Shown: piece after piece, positions 1-9,651 of the stretch
Position numbering within the stretch: position 1 is the stretch's first letter
Layout: every line of letters begins with the position of its first letter
Origin: an uncultured Pseudomonadota bacterium
Lineage (GTDB): Bacteria; Myxococcota_A; Polyangia; Fen-1088
Direction of reading: 5' to 3'
DNA length: 64,000 bases
Assembly (NCBI GenBank): GCA_963847705.1
Contig: CAWKBC010000021.1
Coordinates: forward strand, 128,001 to 192,000
The notes under the pieces: model-generated
What the model was told of the DNA's origin: nothing
Database searches by the model: none
What the model saw: only the letters and a program-made list of their open reading frames with translations
Position numbers and translations under genes: made by a program

Positions 1-304
1 CAACCGGTTCGCGCTCCTCGTGATCTCTCAGGCCATGGACGCCGCCGGGAAGGACGGCGCGATTCGACACGTCATGTCGGGCGTCAACCCGCAATACCGG
101 AAGGCCTACGAGGAGTGTCTGGGCGCCACCAGCACCGCTGCCTCTCCCTGGTACGTCGTCCCCGCCGACGACAAGGAAAACGCGCGGCTCATCGTCTCGC
201 GCATCATCGTCGACACGATGGCCGCGCTCGGCATGAGCTATCCGACACTGTCGGACGCACGCCTTCGTGAGTTGCAATCCATTCGGAAAGCGTTGCTCGG
301 GTAG
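1..304 (+). pseudogene. ppk2: Polyphosphate kinase 2 (PPK2) family, 5'-partial, with large in-frame internal deletion
   Basis: Walker A-like [10 protein letters not shown] and HVMSGVNPQ join directly to the C-terminal [23 protein letters not shown]; the central ~120 aa (incl. Walker B FNRSYY) are absent. Confidence 0.8.
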
Positions 305-529
305 ACACACGCGAGCCCGAGGTTGATGGACCCGAAACAATGACGCCCCGTTGAGCGCCGTGAGGCTCGCGATGTCGTGGCGAGCCGCAACGATCGAGGC
401 GCGCTCGACGCAGTCAGGGAAACCACTACATGGCGGGCGGGCACCTCCGGACAGGACCACCGTGGTGCCGGAGCTATGACTCTGGGCGAGCACCATGGAC
501 CTCGAGCTCGATCCCTCCCAGGTGGCGTC

Positions 530-949
530 ATGAGCGTCCGGGTCTTTGTCACGAACGACCACGAGATCCTGCGCGGCGCCCTGCGGGCGGTGATCGACAT
601 GCAGACGGACATGGAAGTGGTTGGTGAAGCAGCCACAGGACCAGACGCCGAGCTCGGAATCAAAGGGACCGACCCGGACGTCGTGCTGATGGACATCGGC
701 ATGGCCGACGGCCGAACGCTGGAGGCCATTGCCGCGGTGAAACGAATTCGTTCCGGGACCGGGATTGTCGTCCTCACGTTCCACGAGGAGCTGGGATACA
801 TCCGCGCGGCGGGGCCGCGGCGCGCCGAGGGATATGTCGTCAAGAGAGCGATGAATACCGAGCTCCTGACGGCGATCCGAGCGGTCGCCAGGGGACGGAC
901 CCTCGTGGACGCCCGCGAGAGCTCAGGCGCCATGGCCAAGATGGCATGA
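530..949 (+). CDS. NarL-type receiver-domain protein lacking the LuxR HTH
   Basis: VTNDHEILR..VVGEA..PDVVLMDIGM..VVLT..GYVVK..LLTAIRAVARG, then stop. Confidence 0.8.
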   Translation: MSVRVFVTNDHEILRGALRAVIDMQTDMEVVGEAATGPDAELGIKGTDPDVVLMDIGMADGRTLEAIAAVKRIRSGTGIVVLTFHEELGYIRAAGPRRAEGYVVKRAMNTELLTAIRAVARGRTLVDARESSGAMAKMA

Positions 950-1040
950 AGGCCAAGGCGAACGAGTAGACCTCAGTGGCGGTGGCACAGGGTCGCGATC
1001 CGGCCGTAAGCCCCTCGGCGGGCGACCTCTGAAGGATCTC

Positions 1041-1212
1041 CTAAAGGGGGGCCCTCGGGGGGCGGCCGACGCGGTGGACCTGGATGAAGTGCACCAGCAG
1101 GCTCACCCCCGCGCCAAACACCAGGGGTGTGGATCGCGATCGTGGACACATGCAGGACGAAGAACGCCAGTATCCAGCCCATGGCGAGAAAGGCGGCCAG
1201 TGCGATCAGCAT
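1041..1212 (-). pseudogene. Small lmo0937/DUF5670-like membrane protein, frameshifted near 1128
   Basis: MLIALAAFLAMGWILAFFVLHVSTIAIH continues in another frame as PLVFGAGVSLLVHFIQVHRV..*; two-helix pattern typical of the family. Confidence 0.55.
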
Positions 1213-1303
1213 CAGGGATCCTCCTTAGGTCTGAGGTAAGCACCGAACGCCTCTGCTGCAAGCGTCCTGGACGCTCCGCGCGCTGCCGGTGGTCCCGCGA
1301 CGG

Positions 1304-1573
1304 TCACAGCCTCCGTGGGCTGCCACGCCTGACCAGCCTCAGCACCAGCAGCAGGACGACCGCACCCACGAAGGCGACGAAGATGGTCGCCACCACGCCG
1401 CGAAACGGCGTTCCGATGTGCGCCGTGCGGAAAATCAGTCCGCCCAGGAACGAGCCGACGATGCCGATGACGATGTCGCCGCCCAGGCCCAGGCCGCCGC
1501 CCACGACCGCCGACGCCAGCCAACCCGCGATGAGACCGACAACCAACCAGATCAGAAAAGTTTCCGCGCTCAT
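1304..1573 (-). CDS. GlsB/YeaQ/YmgE family stress-response membrane protein
   Basis: IWLVVGLIAGWLAS..GGDIVIGIVGSFLGG..AFVGAVVLL; GGAG RBS upstream. Confidence 0.9.
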   Translation of the reverse strand: MSAETFLIWLVVGLIAGWLASAVVGGGLGLGGDIVIGIVGSFLGGLIFRTAHIGTPFRGVVATIFVAFVGAVVLLLVLRLVRRGSPRRL

Positions 1574-1799
1574 GATTTTCCTCCGAACGCCTAGAGTGGG
1601 TACGAACTGGCTCTGGACAAAATCGTCTCGGCACAAGTGGGTCCGCTCGGTTCTCGCTTTGTCCAACGAACGCGCTCTCTTATGGCGGGCTGAAGGATTG
1701 TGTTTTATTTTGCGAATCCAGCTCGTTCAACGGGCATGACCGGACCCTGCGCCGGATCGTTCGCCCGCTCTCGAGCAAGCCAGCCTTATCTTCCAGCCC

Positions 1800-2162
1800 A
1801 TGCAGAAAGAGCGCCCCGGCTTCCACCCCGCCCGACAACGGAGCCTCGGCGCGAGGGTGGGGCTGCTGTTGCTGCTGGCCGCGGGCTGCGGCCCAAAACC
1901 CAAGGTGCCCGACTATCTCCAGGAGAAGCTGAACGAGGGGGCGTTCGTCCAGGCGAAGGTCGACCTCCTGATAGCCAAGGCGGACCTCGAGGCGATTGAA
2001 AACGACCAATATCGCCTCGACAGCGCCCAAAAGGGTTGGGAGCAGGCGAACAAGGCGAAGGATTCGGTCGAGGCCGATCGTCTCTTCAAAGAGATGGACG
2101 AGTTCGGCAAAGACATGGACAAGGACATCGACCGGGCCGCGCGGCATCGCCGCGGTCTCTAG
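1800..2162 (+). CDS. Hypothetical lipoprotein
   Basis: Basic N-terminus, hydrophobic LLLLLAAGC lipobox, helical charged mature region. Confidence 0.6.
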   Translation: MQKERPGFHPARQRSLGARVGLLLLLAAGCGPKPKVPDYLQEKLNEGAFVQAKVDLLIAKADLEAIENDQYRLDSAQKGWEQANKAKDSVEADRLFKEMDEFGKDMDKDIDRAARHRRGL

Positions 2163-2183
2163 GGTTCGGGAGGGTGTCGGGCC

Positions 2184-3056
2184 TCAGCCGCTGGCCGCGG
2201 AGGCCCTGGCGAAAGCGAGGAGGCGCTCGCCCAGGCGTACGGGATCGTCAACGTGCGGAGAGTGACCGAAGCCGGCCGGCTCCTCGATGATCGCATGCTC
2301 GGGCAGATGGCGTCGGAAGTAGGCGAGCGCGCTCGGCGGAAGAAGTCGTTCGGACTGGCCCCACAGCAAGAGAATCGGCATCGCCAGCGCGCTCAGGCTC
2401 TCGGGCATGGGCAGGTTGTCGAGCGTCGCCGAGCGCACGACGTCGCGGACGGCAGCGCCCTTCATGATGTCCCGCAGCTCAGGTGCGACCGCGGCCAGGT
2501 ACCAGGGGGCGCGGTGGTAGAGCCGTGAGAGCAGACGTCGGGCGTCGGCGGCAGAATCGATCCTGAACGTGTCCAGGAGCTCGTCCCATTCACTGGGCGA
2601 GGTCCGGGCCCCCGCAGGGGAGATGAGGGCCAGCGCCACCAGACGCCCGGGGCGTTCCACGGCGTAGCGGAGGGCGAGGGCGCCGCCGAGGGAGCTCCCC
2701 ACCAGGATCATCGGCTGTGAGACCAGACCGTCGAGCAGCTCCGACACGGCGCCAAACAACCGCTCGGGGGTCAGGCGTCCGGAGGGGGGCTCGCTGAACC
2801 CGTGCCCCGGCAGATCGGGCGCCACCAGGCGACCTGCCTCCGGAAGCATGCGGGTGAGCAGCGGCCCGAAAGCGGTGGCGGTCGAGCCCAGCCCGTGCAG
2901 CAGGACGATCGGCGGGAGCGCGGCCGGTCCCTGGGCGTCGTACACGTGAAGCCCCCCGGCCTCTGTCGGCACCGTGAGGCTCTCGAAGCCGCGACGGTTG
3001 AGCACGAACCGGGCTCCGCGCTCGACCAGGGACAACAAACCCAACTTCCTGGCCAT
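2184..3056 (-). CDS. Alpha/beta hydrolase (lipase/esterase-like)
   Basis: LLHGLG, DLPGHGFS, GSSLGG nucleophile elbow, GHSPH. Confidence 0.9.
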   Translation of the reverse strand: MARKLGLLSLVERGARFVLNRRGFESLTVPTEAGGLHVYDAQGPAALPPIVLLHGLGSTATAFGPLLTRMLPEAGRLVAPDLPGHGFSEPPSGRLTPERLFGAVSELLDGLVSQPMILVGSSLGGALALRYAVERPGRLVALALISPAGARTSPSEWDELLDTFRIDSAADARRLLSRLYHRAPWYLAAVAPELRDIMKGAAVRDVVRSATLDNLPMPESLSALAMPILLLWGQSERLLPPSALAYFRRHLPEHAIIEEPAGFGHSPHVDDPVRLGERLLAFARASAASG

Positions 3057-3067
3057 GGCCCGCCCGC

Positions 3068-4405
3068 CTACCGTTCCGCTGCGGCGCCGCGACGAAGCTC
3101 GTCGATTGCGGCCTGGAAGGCCACCACCAGCTGGTCGGGCCGGTCGATCACGGCGCTGTCCGTCAGGACGCCCAATCGGATCGCCCCTGCGTAGCCAAAG
3201 AGCGTGACGCTCAGCCCGATGGTGGCTGCCGCCGGCGCCCAGATGACGACGGCGGCCAGGGGTTGTCCGGCGATGTGCAACGACATCTTGGGGCCGGCCA
3301 GGCTGCTCACGACCAGACTCGCCCGGCGCGACCCCCAGCGCATCGCCCGACGTTCGATGCCCGGGGCCACCGTGCCGGCCACCCGCATGAGACCGCTGGC
3401 GATGCGCGACTGCCCACCCGACCGCAGGACCGCCATGTCGCGCGCGATCGTGGCGAGCCGGGCGCGCGGATCGTCGACGCCGGCGGGGAGAGACAGGAAC
3501 ACCGAAGCGTAGTGGTTCCCGAGCTTGCTGGCGGATGCTTCGGACGGCGCCGCCACCGGCAGCAGCGTGTGGACCGATCGCGGGACCTGCCCATGCTCCC
3601 GCGCGTAACGATCGAGAGCTCCGGCCACGCCCGCCAGCAGCACGTCGGCCACGTGGTGTCCGTGGGCTGCGGCGATCGCTTTGATCGGGTCCAGCGGGAT
3701 CGCTTCCGACCAGGCGACGCGCTTGCGGCCACTGAGGGGACGCCGCAGCAAGCTGACCGGATCGCGTGACAGCGGGAAGAGCCGAAAGAGACCGGCGAAC
3801 CGACCAAAGAAGCGGTGCGCTCGAGCCGGCTGGGAGGATTTTCGGACCAGCGATTGTTCTTCAACCGCGCCAGAGCCTCGGCGGGAACCTTGGACGGGAC
3901 CTTCCTGGGAGCCTCGGCTGGAATCCTCGTCGGCCAGCTGTTCGAGAAGCGCGACCAGCGCCCGCCCGTCGGCGATGCAGTGGTGGATTCTCACCAGGAG
4001 CGCCGAGCCAGAGGGGAGCAGATCGACCACCTCGAAGGTCCAGGGGGATCGCCCGAGCGGGAGCGGCGCGTTGATCCGCTCACCGACCAGCGCGATCAAG
4101 GTCGCGGCGTCGACGGGGCCTGATGGATGCAGCCGGCTGACGTGCGCCTGGAGGTCGAAGGCGTCGTCGTCGCGCCACCGAGGCGCGCCAAACCGGTGCG
4201 GCGACTCCACCACGTGCTGGCGGAAGCGCCGGTGCGGGACCAGCTTGTCACGAACGAGCGCCTCGACCGCCTCCAGCGTCAGCTGCCGATCGAAGAGCAG
4301 CAGCGCGCCGATGACCATGGGGTTCGTGGGCGTCCCCATGTGCCAGCGCGCGGCGTCCCCACGCGACAGCCGCTCGGGTTTCATCGGGGTCCCTGCAACG
4401 TTCAT
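3068..4405 (-). CDS. Wax ester synthase/diacylglycerol acyltransferase (WS/DGAT)
   Basis: HHCIADG catalytic motif, N-terminal LSRGDA..NPMVIG, LGN, C-terminal SVTLFGYAG; ATG overlaps the upstream kinase stop (ATGA). Confidence 0.9.
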   Translation of the reverse strand: MNVAGTPMKPERLSRGDAARWHMGTPTNPMVIGALLLFDRQLTLEAVEALVRDKLVPHRRFRQHVVESPHRFGAPRWRDDDAFDLQAHVSRLHPSGPVDAATLIALVGERINAPLPLGRSPWTFEVVDLLPSGSALLVRIHHCIADGRALVALLEQLADEDSSRGSQEGPVQGSRRGSGAVEEQSLVRKSSQPARAHRFFGRFAGLFRLFPLSRDPVSLLRRPLSGRKRVAWSEAIPLDPIKAIAAAHGHHVADVLLAGVAGALDRYAREHGQVPRSVHTLLPVAAPSEASASKLGNHYASVFLSLPAGVDDPRARLATIARDMAVLRSGGQSRIASGLMRVAGTVAPGIERRAMRWGSRRASLVVSSLAGPKMSLHIAGQPLAAVVIWAPAAATIGLSVTLFGYAGAIRLGVLTDSAVIDRPDQLVVAFQAAIDELRRGAAAER

Positions 4406-5700
4406 TCGACCCGCACGGGATGGTCGTCGCGGCCGGAAGGAGCGCCGCTCTGACTGTGAGCGTCGGCGGGAGGTTGGCGCGGCAGGCGCATCAGGAAGGT
4501 CGTCGTGCCATCGGCGGAGTACGCGATCAGCTTGCCACCGCCGGAGCCCACGATCTGGTTTGCGATGTAGAGACCGAGACCGAGGTTGCCGGTCGCCGAC
4601 TTCTTCTGCCGCGGAGCGCGGCGGAAGGGTTCGAAGATGAACGGGAGGACATCGGCCGGAATGGGCTCTCCCTGGTTGACGATCTCGACGACGACCTCCG
4701 TGCCCTCGGGCCGCGCCTTGACCACGACACCCGTTTCCGGCGCGGCGTGCTCGGTGGCGTTCCGCGCGATGTTGGAGATGGCCTCTGCCAAGCGATCGGG
4801 GTCCCAGACACCGGTCACGTTGCCCTCGACCTCCAACCGGACGGCCGGCCCGAGCTCGTCGGCGACGCTCCGGCAGACCTCGCGCAGATCGGTCGGCTTT
4901 GGTTCGAGCGGGAACCCTCCCCCCAGGCGGGCGCGGGTGAGCTCCAGCAACTGAAAGATCATCCGCGTCGCGCGCTCGCAGGCGTTCACGATGCGCTCCG
5001 CTGCGCTGCTGTCTCGCTCGTCGAGGCCGCCGTGCAAAAGCAGCGCGTCGGCCGAGATGCGGATCGCACTGATCGGGGTCCGCAGGTCGTGCCCCAGGAC
5101 GCCAATGAACATCTCCCGGAACTCGGCCACCGCTTGCAGCCGTCGCTCGCTCGCTTCCGCGCGCTTCAACGCGGCCTCCATTTTCTCGGTCAGCTCCTGC
5201 GCCTCGATCGTCGCCCGGACCATGTGCTGGTTGGCTTCGAGGAGGTCGTCGGCGCCGCGTCGAGCGTTCTGGTAGAGGCGCGCATTTTCAAGCGCGAGAG
5301 CGCCCAGAGTGGCTTCGTTGGCCCGACGGTTGTCCTCGGCTTCCTTGCGCTCGGTCCGATCGATCCCGGTCTTGATGACGTACTCGACCTGTCCCTCCGG
5401 AGTCCTGGTGGCGGAGTGCGACCAGGCGACCCACCGTCGCTCGCCGAGCTTGGTGATCCAGTGGTTGGCGTACGGACCTGGACGGTCCGAGGTCAGCGCC
5501 GCCGCGAAGACGGTCTTGGTCGGCGCGATCTCCTCGGGCACCAGGGCGAAATCCCAGAGCGGCCGGCCGCGGACCTCTTCCACGGCGTACCCGGTGAGGT
5601 CGGAGCAGGCGCGGTTCCAGTAGACGATCCGGCCCTCGACGTCGAGCACGACGACGAGCGCACCGACCGCTTCGAAACTCTGGAAGTCCAACTCCGTCAC
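4402..5700 (-). CDS. PAS-domain sensor histidine kinase
   Basis: PAS (IVYWNRAC..TGY), H-box LGHDLRTP, N-box NIARNA, G-box GLGLY; GTG start after AGGAGG. Confidence 0.92.
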   Translation of the reverse strand: MTELDFQSFEAVGALVVVLDVEGRIVYWNRACSDLTGYAVEEVRGRPLWDFALVPEEIAPTKTVFAAALTSDRPGPYANHWITKLGERRWVAWSHSATRTPEGQVEYVIKTGIDRTERKEAEDNRRANEATLGALALENARLYQNARRGADDLLEANQHMVRATIEAQELTEKMEAALKRAEASERRLQAVAEFREMFIGVLGHDLRTPISAIRISADALLLHGGLDERDSSAAERIVNACERATRMIFQLLELTRARLGGGFPLEPKPTDLREVCRSVADELGPAVRLEVEGNVTGVWDPDRLAEAISNIARNATEHAAPETGVVVKARPEGTEVVVEIVNQGEPIPADVLPFIFEPFRRAPRQKKSATGNLGLGLYIANQIVGSGGGKLIAYSADGTTTFLMRLPRQPPADAHSQSGAPSGRDDHPVRVE

Positions 5701-5751
5701 GCTCCCTCCTCCCAAGTCCCGAAGATGCGTTCCGTTCAGGGGGCTGCCAAG

Positions 5752-7230
5752 TCAGCTTCGTCGTTTCTTCCCGGCCAGGGCCGGGGTGCCGGTGAGCAGG
5801 CCCTGATATCCCTTCAGGGCCCTGCCCACGACAATCCCCCCGTCGGACGTGATGTCATACTCTCGCAATTCCTTGCTGTGCTGGCTGGCGCGCAGCTTGA
5901 CGACCGCCATCGCGCGCCTCAGCTCTCCGTCGATCTCGATGTAGCGCTGGATGACGATGGCGTCGGTGAGAAACGCGATCCCTTGCGGGCTGAACCGGAG
6001 ATCCACGTACGAGTCGGCCAGCTCGACGGTCGCCATCACCGTGACACCGAGGCCCGTCAACGCTCCCATCATTCGGTACAACGACTCGCGGAAGTCCTCG
6101 CGGAAGGTCGGCGCCAGCGCCAGTTCGAGGCCTGAAAGCGAATCAATCACCGCGCGCTTGGCGCCCGTTCGCTTCACGGCGTCGCGGAGCTCCAGCAAGG
6201 TCTCGTCGATCGAGAGATCCAGCGGGCGCAGGTAGAGGACCTCCAGCTTCTTCTGCCGGACCAGCTTCTCGAACTGCTCCCCCCGGGGGGTCGTCTGCAG
6301 GTAGTCGTTGGGCCGCTTCTCGAACACGGCCACGATCCCGTTTTCGCCCTGGCTGATGCCCTCGACGATGAACTGATTGGAGAGCACGGTCTTGCCGGAT
6401 CCGGATGGTCCGGCGACCAGCACCGAATACCCGCGGGGGATACCGCCGGACATCAGCTTGTCGAGGCTCGGCACACCGGTCTTGAGGCGGTGTTTGAGGG
6501 GGTGGTCGGTGACGATCTCCTCCGGCTTGAGAATGCGCGGAAAGACGTTGTAGCCCGCGTCGGTGATGCGGGCCGTGTGCAGCCCGGGGATCTGCCCCTG
6601 GCCCCGCATCTTCACCACCTGCAGCTTCCGCACGACGGAGTTCCGATCGACCGCCTGGTAGAGCCAGAGGAGCCCGTCGGCCACCGTGAACACCGCGCCG
6701 TCGTTCTCGCCGTCGGCGTACTCCCCCAGGAGAAACGTCGTGGCCTGGTGGCTCGTCAGCGCCAGCGCGAGGCGCTGCATGAAGTCGGTGAGCTCCCCTT
6801 CGCCGGCTCCCGCCGAGAGGGTGGTGCGGACCATCGCCCGGAAGGAGTCGACCACGACGAGAGCCGGGCTCGAGGCCTCCAGCTCCTGCACCACCGCTTC
6901 GAGCACCTTGGCCATCCCCCCCTCGAGCGCCTGCTGCCCGAGGTGGACGAAGCGCACCGAGCCGTCGCCGATCTTCGCGGCGTCGAAGAAGTCGTACTGC
7001 TGCTGGTAGCGAAGCATCTTGATGGGCGGCTCCCCGATGACGCTGAAGTACACGGCCTTCCGCTCGGGGCTCGCGTTGGCGAACATGATCTGGTGACCGA
7101 GCGTCGTCTTGCCGCACCCCGGACCGCCCGCGAGCAAGTTGAAAGAGAACTCCGGGATTCCCCCGCCCAACACCTCGTCGAGGCCAGGCACCCCGGAGGG
7201 GAGCTTACGAATCGGAACGCGGTCCTTCAT
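5752..7230 (-). CDS. KaiC-like double-domain RecA-superfamily ATPase
   Basis: Two repeats of SG(V)PGLD..GGIP with Walker A GGPGCGKT and GPSGSGKT, Walker B VVDS/VIDS, KMRG/KLRA fingers. Confidence 0.92.
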   Translation of the reverse strand: MKDRVPIRKLPSGVPGLDEVLGGGIPEFSFNLLAGGPGCGKTTLGHQIMFANASPERKAVYFSVIGEPPIKMLRYQQQYDFFDAAKIGDGSVRFVHLGQQALEGGMAKVLEAVVQELEASSPALVVVDSFRAMVRTTLSAGAGEGELTDFMQRLALALTSHQATTFLLGEYADGENDGAVFTVADGLLWLYQAVDRNSVVRKLQVVKMRGQGQIPGLHTARITDAGYNVFPRILKPEEIVTDHPLKHRLKTGVPSLDKLMSGGIPRGYSVLVAGPSGSGKTVLSNQFIVEGISQGENGIVAVFEKRPNDYLQTTPRGEQFEKLVRQKKLEVLYLRPLDLSIDETLLELRDAVKRTGAKRAVIDSLSGLELALAPTFREDFRESLYRMMGALTGLGVTVMATVELADSYVDLRFSPQGIAFLTDAIVIQRYIEIDGELRRAMAVVKLRASQHSKELREYDITSDGGIVVGRALKGYQGLLTGTPALAGKKRRS

Positions 7231-7667
7231 TTCTTGGTCTCCCTGGTCTCGCTGGTCTCTCGGGGCACCGTTTCCTCGATCTCCGGCCATGCACTGCGCA
7301 GCACCAGGACCGTCAACCGTTCTCCGATGAAGGTGGTCATGAGCTCGAGGAAGGTCGCAAAAAGGGTCGCTGCCGCCTCGGCGGCGATGGCGGGGGCGAG
7401 CGCCTGCAGACAGGGGCCGAGTCTGGTCAATTCTTCGGGCGAGGCGATCTCGGCGAGGATGGGGAACTCCGCCTGCGCCAGCTTCGCGCTGCGCACGAAC
7501 AGCGCCTGAACGCCGGCCAATCCCAGCAGGGGAGCCAATCGAGCGTTGAGCTTTTCGTAGACGCGCCAGGCGGCCGCCGCACACTCCTCCGAGCTGCTCC
7601 AGGGGGCGCCCTCGCTCGTCAGCAGGCGCTTCGCTTTCTCCACCTGCGCCGCGCTTGGTCTACTCAT
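7227..7667 (-). CDS. Hypothetical helical protein coupled to the KaiC-like ATPase
   Basis: Stop overlaps the ATPase ATG (ATGA); LAPLLGLAGVQALFVRS..FIGERLT..LRSAWP resembles proteins recalled upstream of bacterial KaiC-like genes. Confidence 0.75.
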   Translation of the reverse strand: MSRPSAAQVEKAKRLLTSEGAPWSSSEECAAAAWRVYEKLNARLAPLLGLAGVQALFVRSAKLAQAEFPILAEIASPEELTRLGPCLQALAPAIAAEAAATLFATFLELMTTFIGERLTVLVLRSAWPEIEETVPRETSETRETKK

Positions 7668-7800
7668 CGCGGTCGCCCGCCGCAATCATGCAGCCTTTGC
7701 GGAGCCGCGCCGGCGAAATTGAATTCCTGTCGGCGCGAGGTCAGGTTCACGGAGTGTTGTCCATCTGCGGCACGAATTGGCATTGGTTCGGATGGCAGAC

Positions 7801-9168
7801 TCATTCCGAAGTTGGCCCAGGTCCCGGAAGCGGAACACTGACACAAATGGTCGTGCCTCGCCCCGGAGAGGACTCGACGGTCACCGAGCCTCCAACGAGA
7901 TGGGTGCGCTCGCGGATCCCCACCAGCCCGACCTGACCGTCCGAGAGGGGCTCAGAAGGGTCGAATCCTCTTCCATCGTCCTCGATCACCAGGCGCACCT
8001 CGTTCGGATTCCGGTGAATGAGGACGCTGACTGACTTGGGCGAGGCGTGCTTGCCGGCGTTCGTCAGCGCCTCCTGGACAACTCTGTAAAGAGCGATCTC
8101 GACTGCTCCGGGAAGGCGAGGCAGACGTGGACCGGTGGCGTCGACGTCCACCACGAAGCCATTGGCGCGGCTCACCTCCTGGCCCAACCGTTCGAGCGCC
8201 TCCTGGAGCCCGAGATTGTCGAGCACGCTCGGGCGAAGCCCTCGAGAGATGCGCTTGACTCCTTCCAGGGCGGCCGAGACCAGCCTGCGCAGTCCGCTCG
8301 TTCCACTCAGCGCCTGGGGGAGATCCCGTGATTCCTCGATCGACCGGAGGCCGACCAGGAGGGACGTCAGGGCCTGGGCCGTCTCATCGTGCAGCTCGCG
8401 GGCGATTCGTCGTCGCTCCACCTCCTGCGCGGTGAGGACCTCCTTCAGCAACGAGCGGACGGCCTCGTCGGCGTAGTGTCTCTCGGTGATGTCGCGGCTG
8501 GTGCTGACGTATCCGATTCGCCTTCCATCGCCGTCGAGAATGGAGGCGACGCGCGATTCCAGGTGAACGCGCCTTCCGTCGTCTCGCTCGTACGTCAGCT
8601 CGCCGCGGAAGCTTCCCGTCTCGACCAGCGTGTGGAGCGCCACGGCGCGTTCGGCCTCGACGAAGCCCGTGCGAAAGATGAGCGCGAGAGGCTGCCCGAG
8701 CACCTCGTCGGCCGGTCTTCCAAAGATCGTCTCGGCGGCCCCATTCCACCCCGTCAGGACAAAGGTTTCGTCGCAGGTGATCACGGCGTCCGTGACGGTC
8801 GCCAGCACGAGATCGAGGTAGCCTGCCTGGGCTTCGGGTCTTCGACGGTCGGTGACATCGACCATGGCGTTCAATGACGCCGGTCGCCCGCGGAAGGTGA
8901 CCTCGAACGAGGTGACCTTCACGTCGATGAGCGCGCCGTCCTTCTTCCGATGTTTCGAGAATTCATTGGGCTCGTCGGTCACCGCGAGATCGCCGACGGT
9001 GAGCGCGAGAAACTCGTCGCGGGCGTATCCGTAGTGGAGCAGCGCGGCCTGATTGACGGCGACGACCTTCAGGTCCTGGTGGATCCACATGGGATGGCCG
9101 CTCTCCTCGAACAGCCGGCGAAGGTCCGCCTGCGCTTCCGACCAACCAGTCACGACCATCTCCTCCAT
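7801..9168 (-). CDS. Two-PAS sensor histidine kinase (HisKA_3, NarX/UhpB-like)
   Basis: ERRRIARELHDETAQ, LRPSVLD, YRVVQEALTN, DDGRGF, GLVGIRER. Confidence 0.92.
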   Translation of the reverse strand: MEEMVVTGWSEAQADLRRLFEESGHPMWIHQDLKVVAVNQAALLHYGYARDEFLALTVGDLAVTDEPNEFSKHRKKDGALIDVKVTSFEVTFRGRPASLNAMVDVTDRRRPEAQAGYLDLVLATVTDAVITCDETFVLTGWNGAAETIFGRPADEVLGQPLALIFRTGFVEAERAVALHTLVETGSFRGELTYERDDGRRVHLESRVASILDGDGRRIGYVSTSRDITERHYADEAVRSLLKEVLTAQEVERRRIARELHDETAQALTSLLVGLRSIEESRDLPQALSGTSGLRRLVSAALEGVKRISRGLRPSVLDNLGLQEALERLGQEVSRANGFVVDVDATGPRLPRLPGAVEIALYRVVQEALTNAGKHASPKSVSVLIHRNPNEVRLVIEDDGRGFDPSEPLSDGQVGLVGIRERTHLVGGSVTVESSPGRGTTICVSVPLPGPGPTSE

Positions 9169-9283
9169 CGTCGGATCCCGGCAGTACTATTGCCGATCGA
9201 GGCGCGCGGCGCTGCCGAATTCGGAAGCGCGGCAAGGAGCGTCGTCTGAGCTCGCGCTGAAGGCGGGCTCGCTCCGGGAGCGT

Positions 9284-9530
9284 TCCGGGGCAGCCGCATC
9301 ACGAAGGTCGTCGTGCCGCGAACAGAGCGCGCGTCCAGCGTGCCACCGCTCTCCTGCGCCCGAGTCGTCGCGGCGACCAGGTGCCGGTTCGCTTCGCGAA
9401 GATCTTCGGCGGTCTGTCGAGCCGCCTCGCGGAGCCGCACCGTCTCGGCGGCGCTGGCGTCAACCCTGGCGGCGGAAGCCCGGAGGGCATCCAAGGCCTC
9501 CTTGCTCTCGGTGGGGGCCCGGATGCCGGC
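9284..9530 (-). pseudogene. Internally deleted histidine kinase remnant, paralogous to 4402..5700
   Basis: AEDLREANRHLVAATTRAQE is fused to SGGTLDARSVRGTTTFVMRLPR; these match segments ~200 aa apart in the 4402..5700 kinase; no clear start. Confidence 0.7.
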
Positions 9531-9651
9531 AGCGCTGTAAACATGGCCCAGGGAAACGCGATGGCCTGGGGGACCGAATCCGAGATCCGCGTAGGAATCG
9601 ACCTGCTCATGATCGCCCGTCGCGTACGCGGATCTGGTCCACACTTCTCGA

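Noticed and set aside
5752-7230. Circadian clock kaiC
   Set aside because: No kaiA/kaiB nearby and the ST phosphosites are absent
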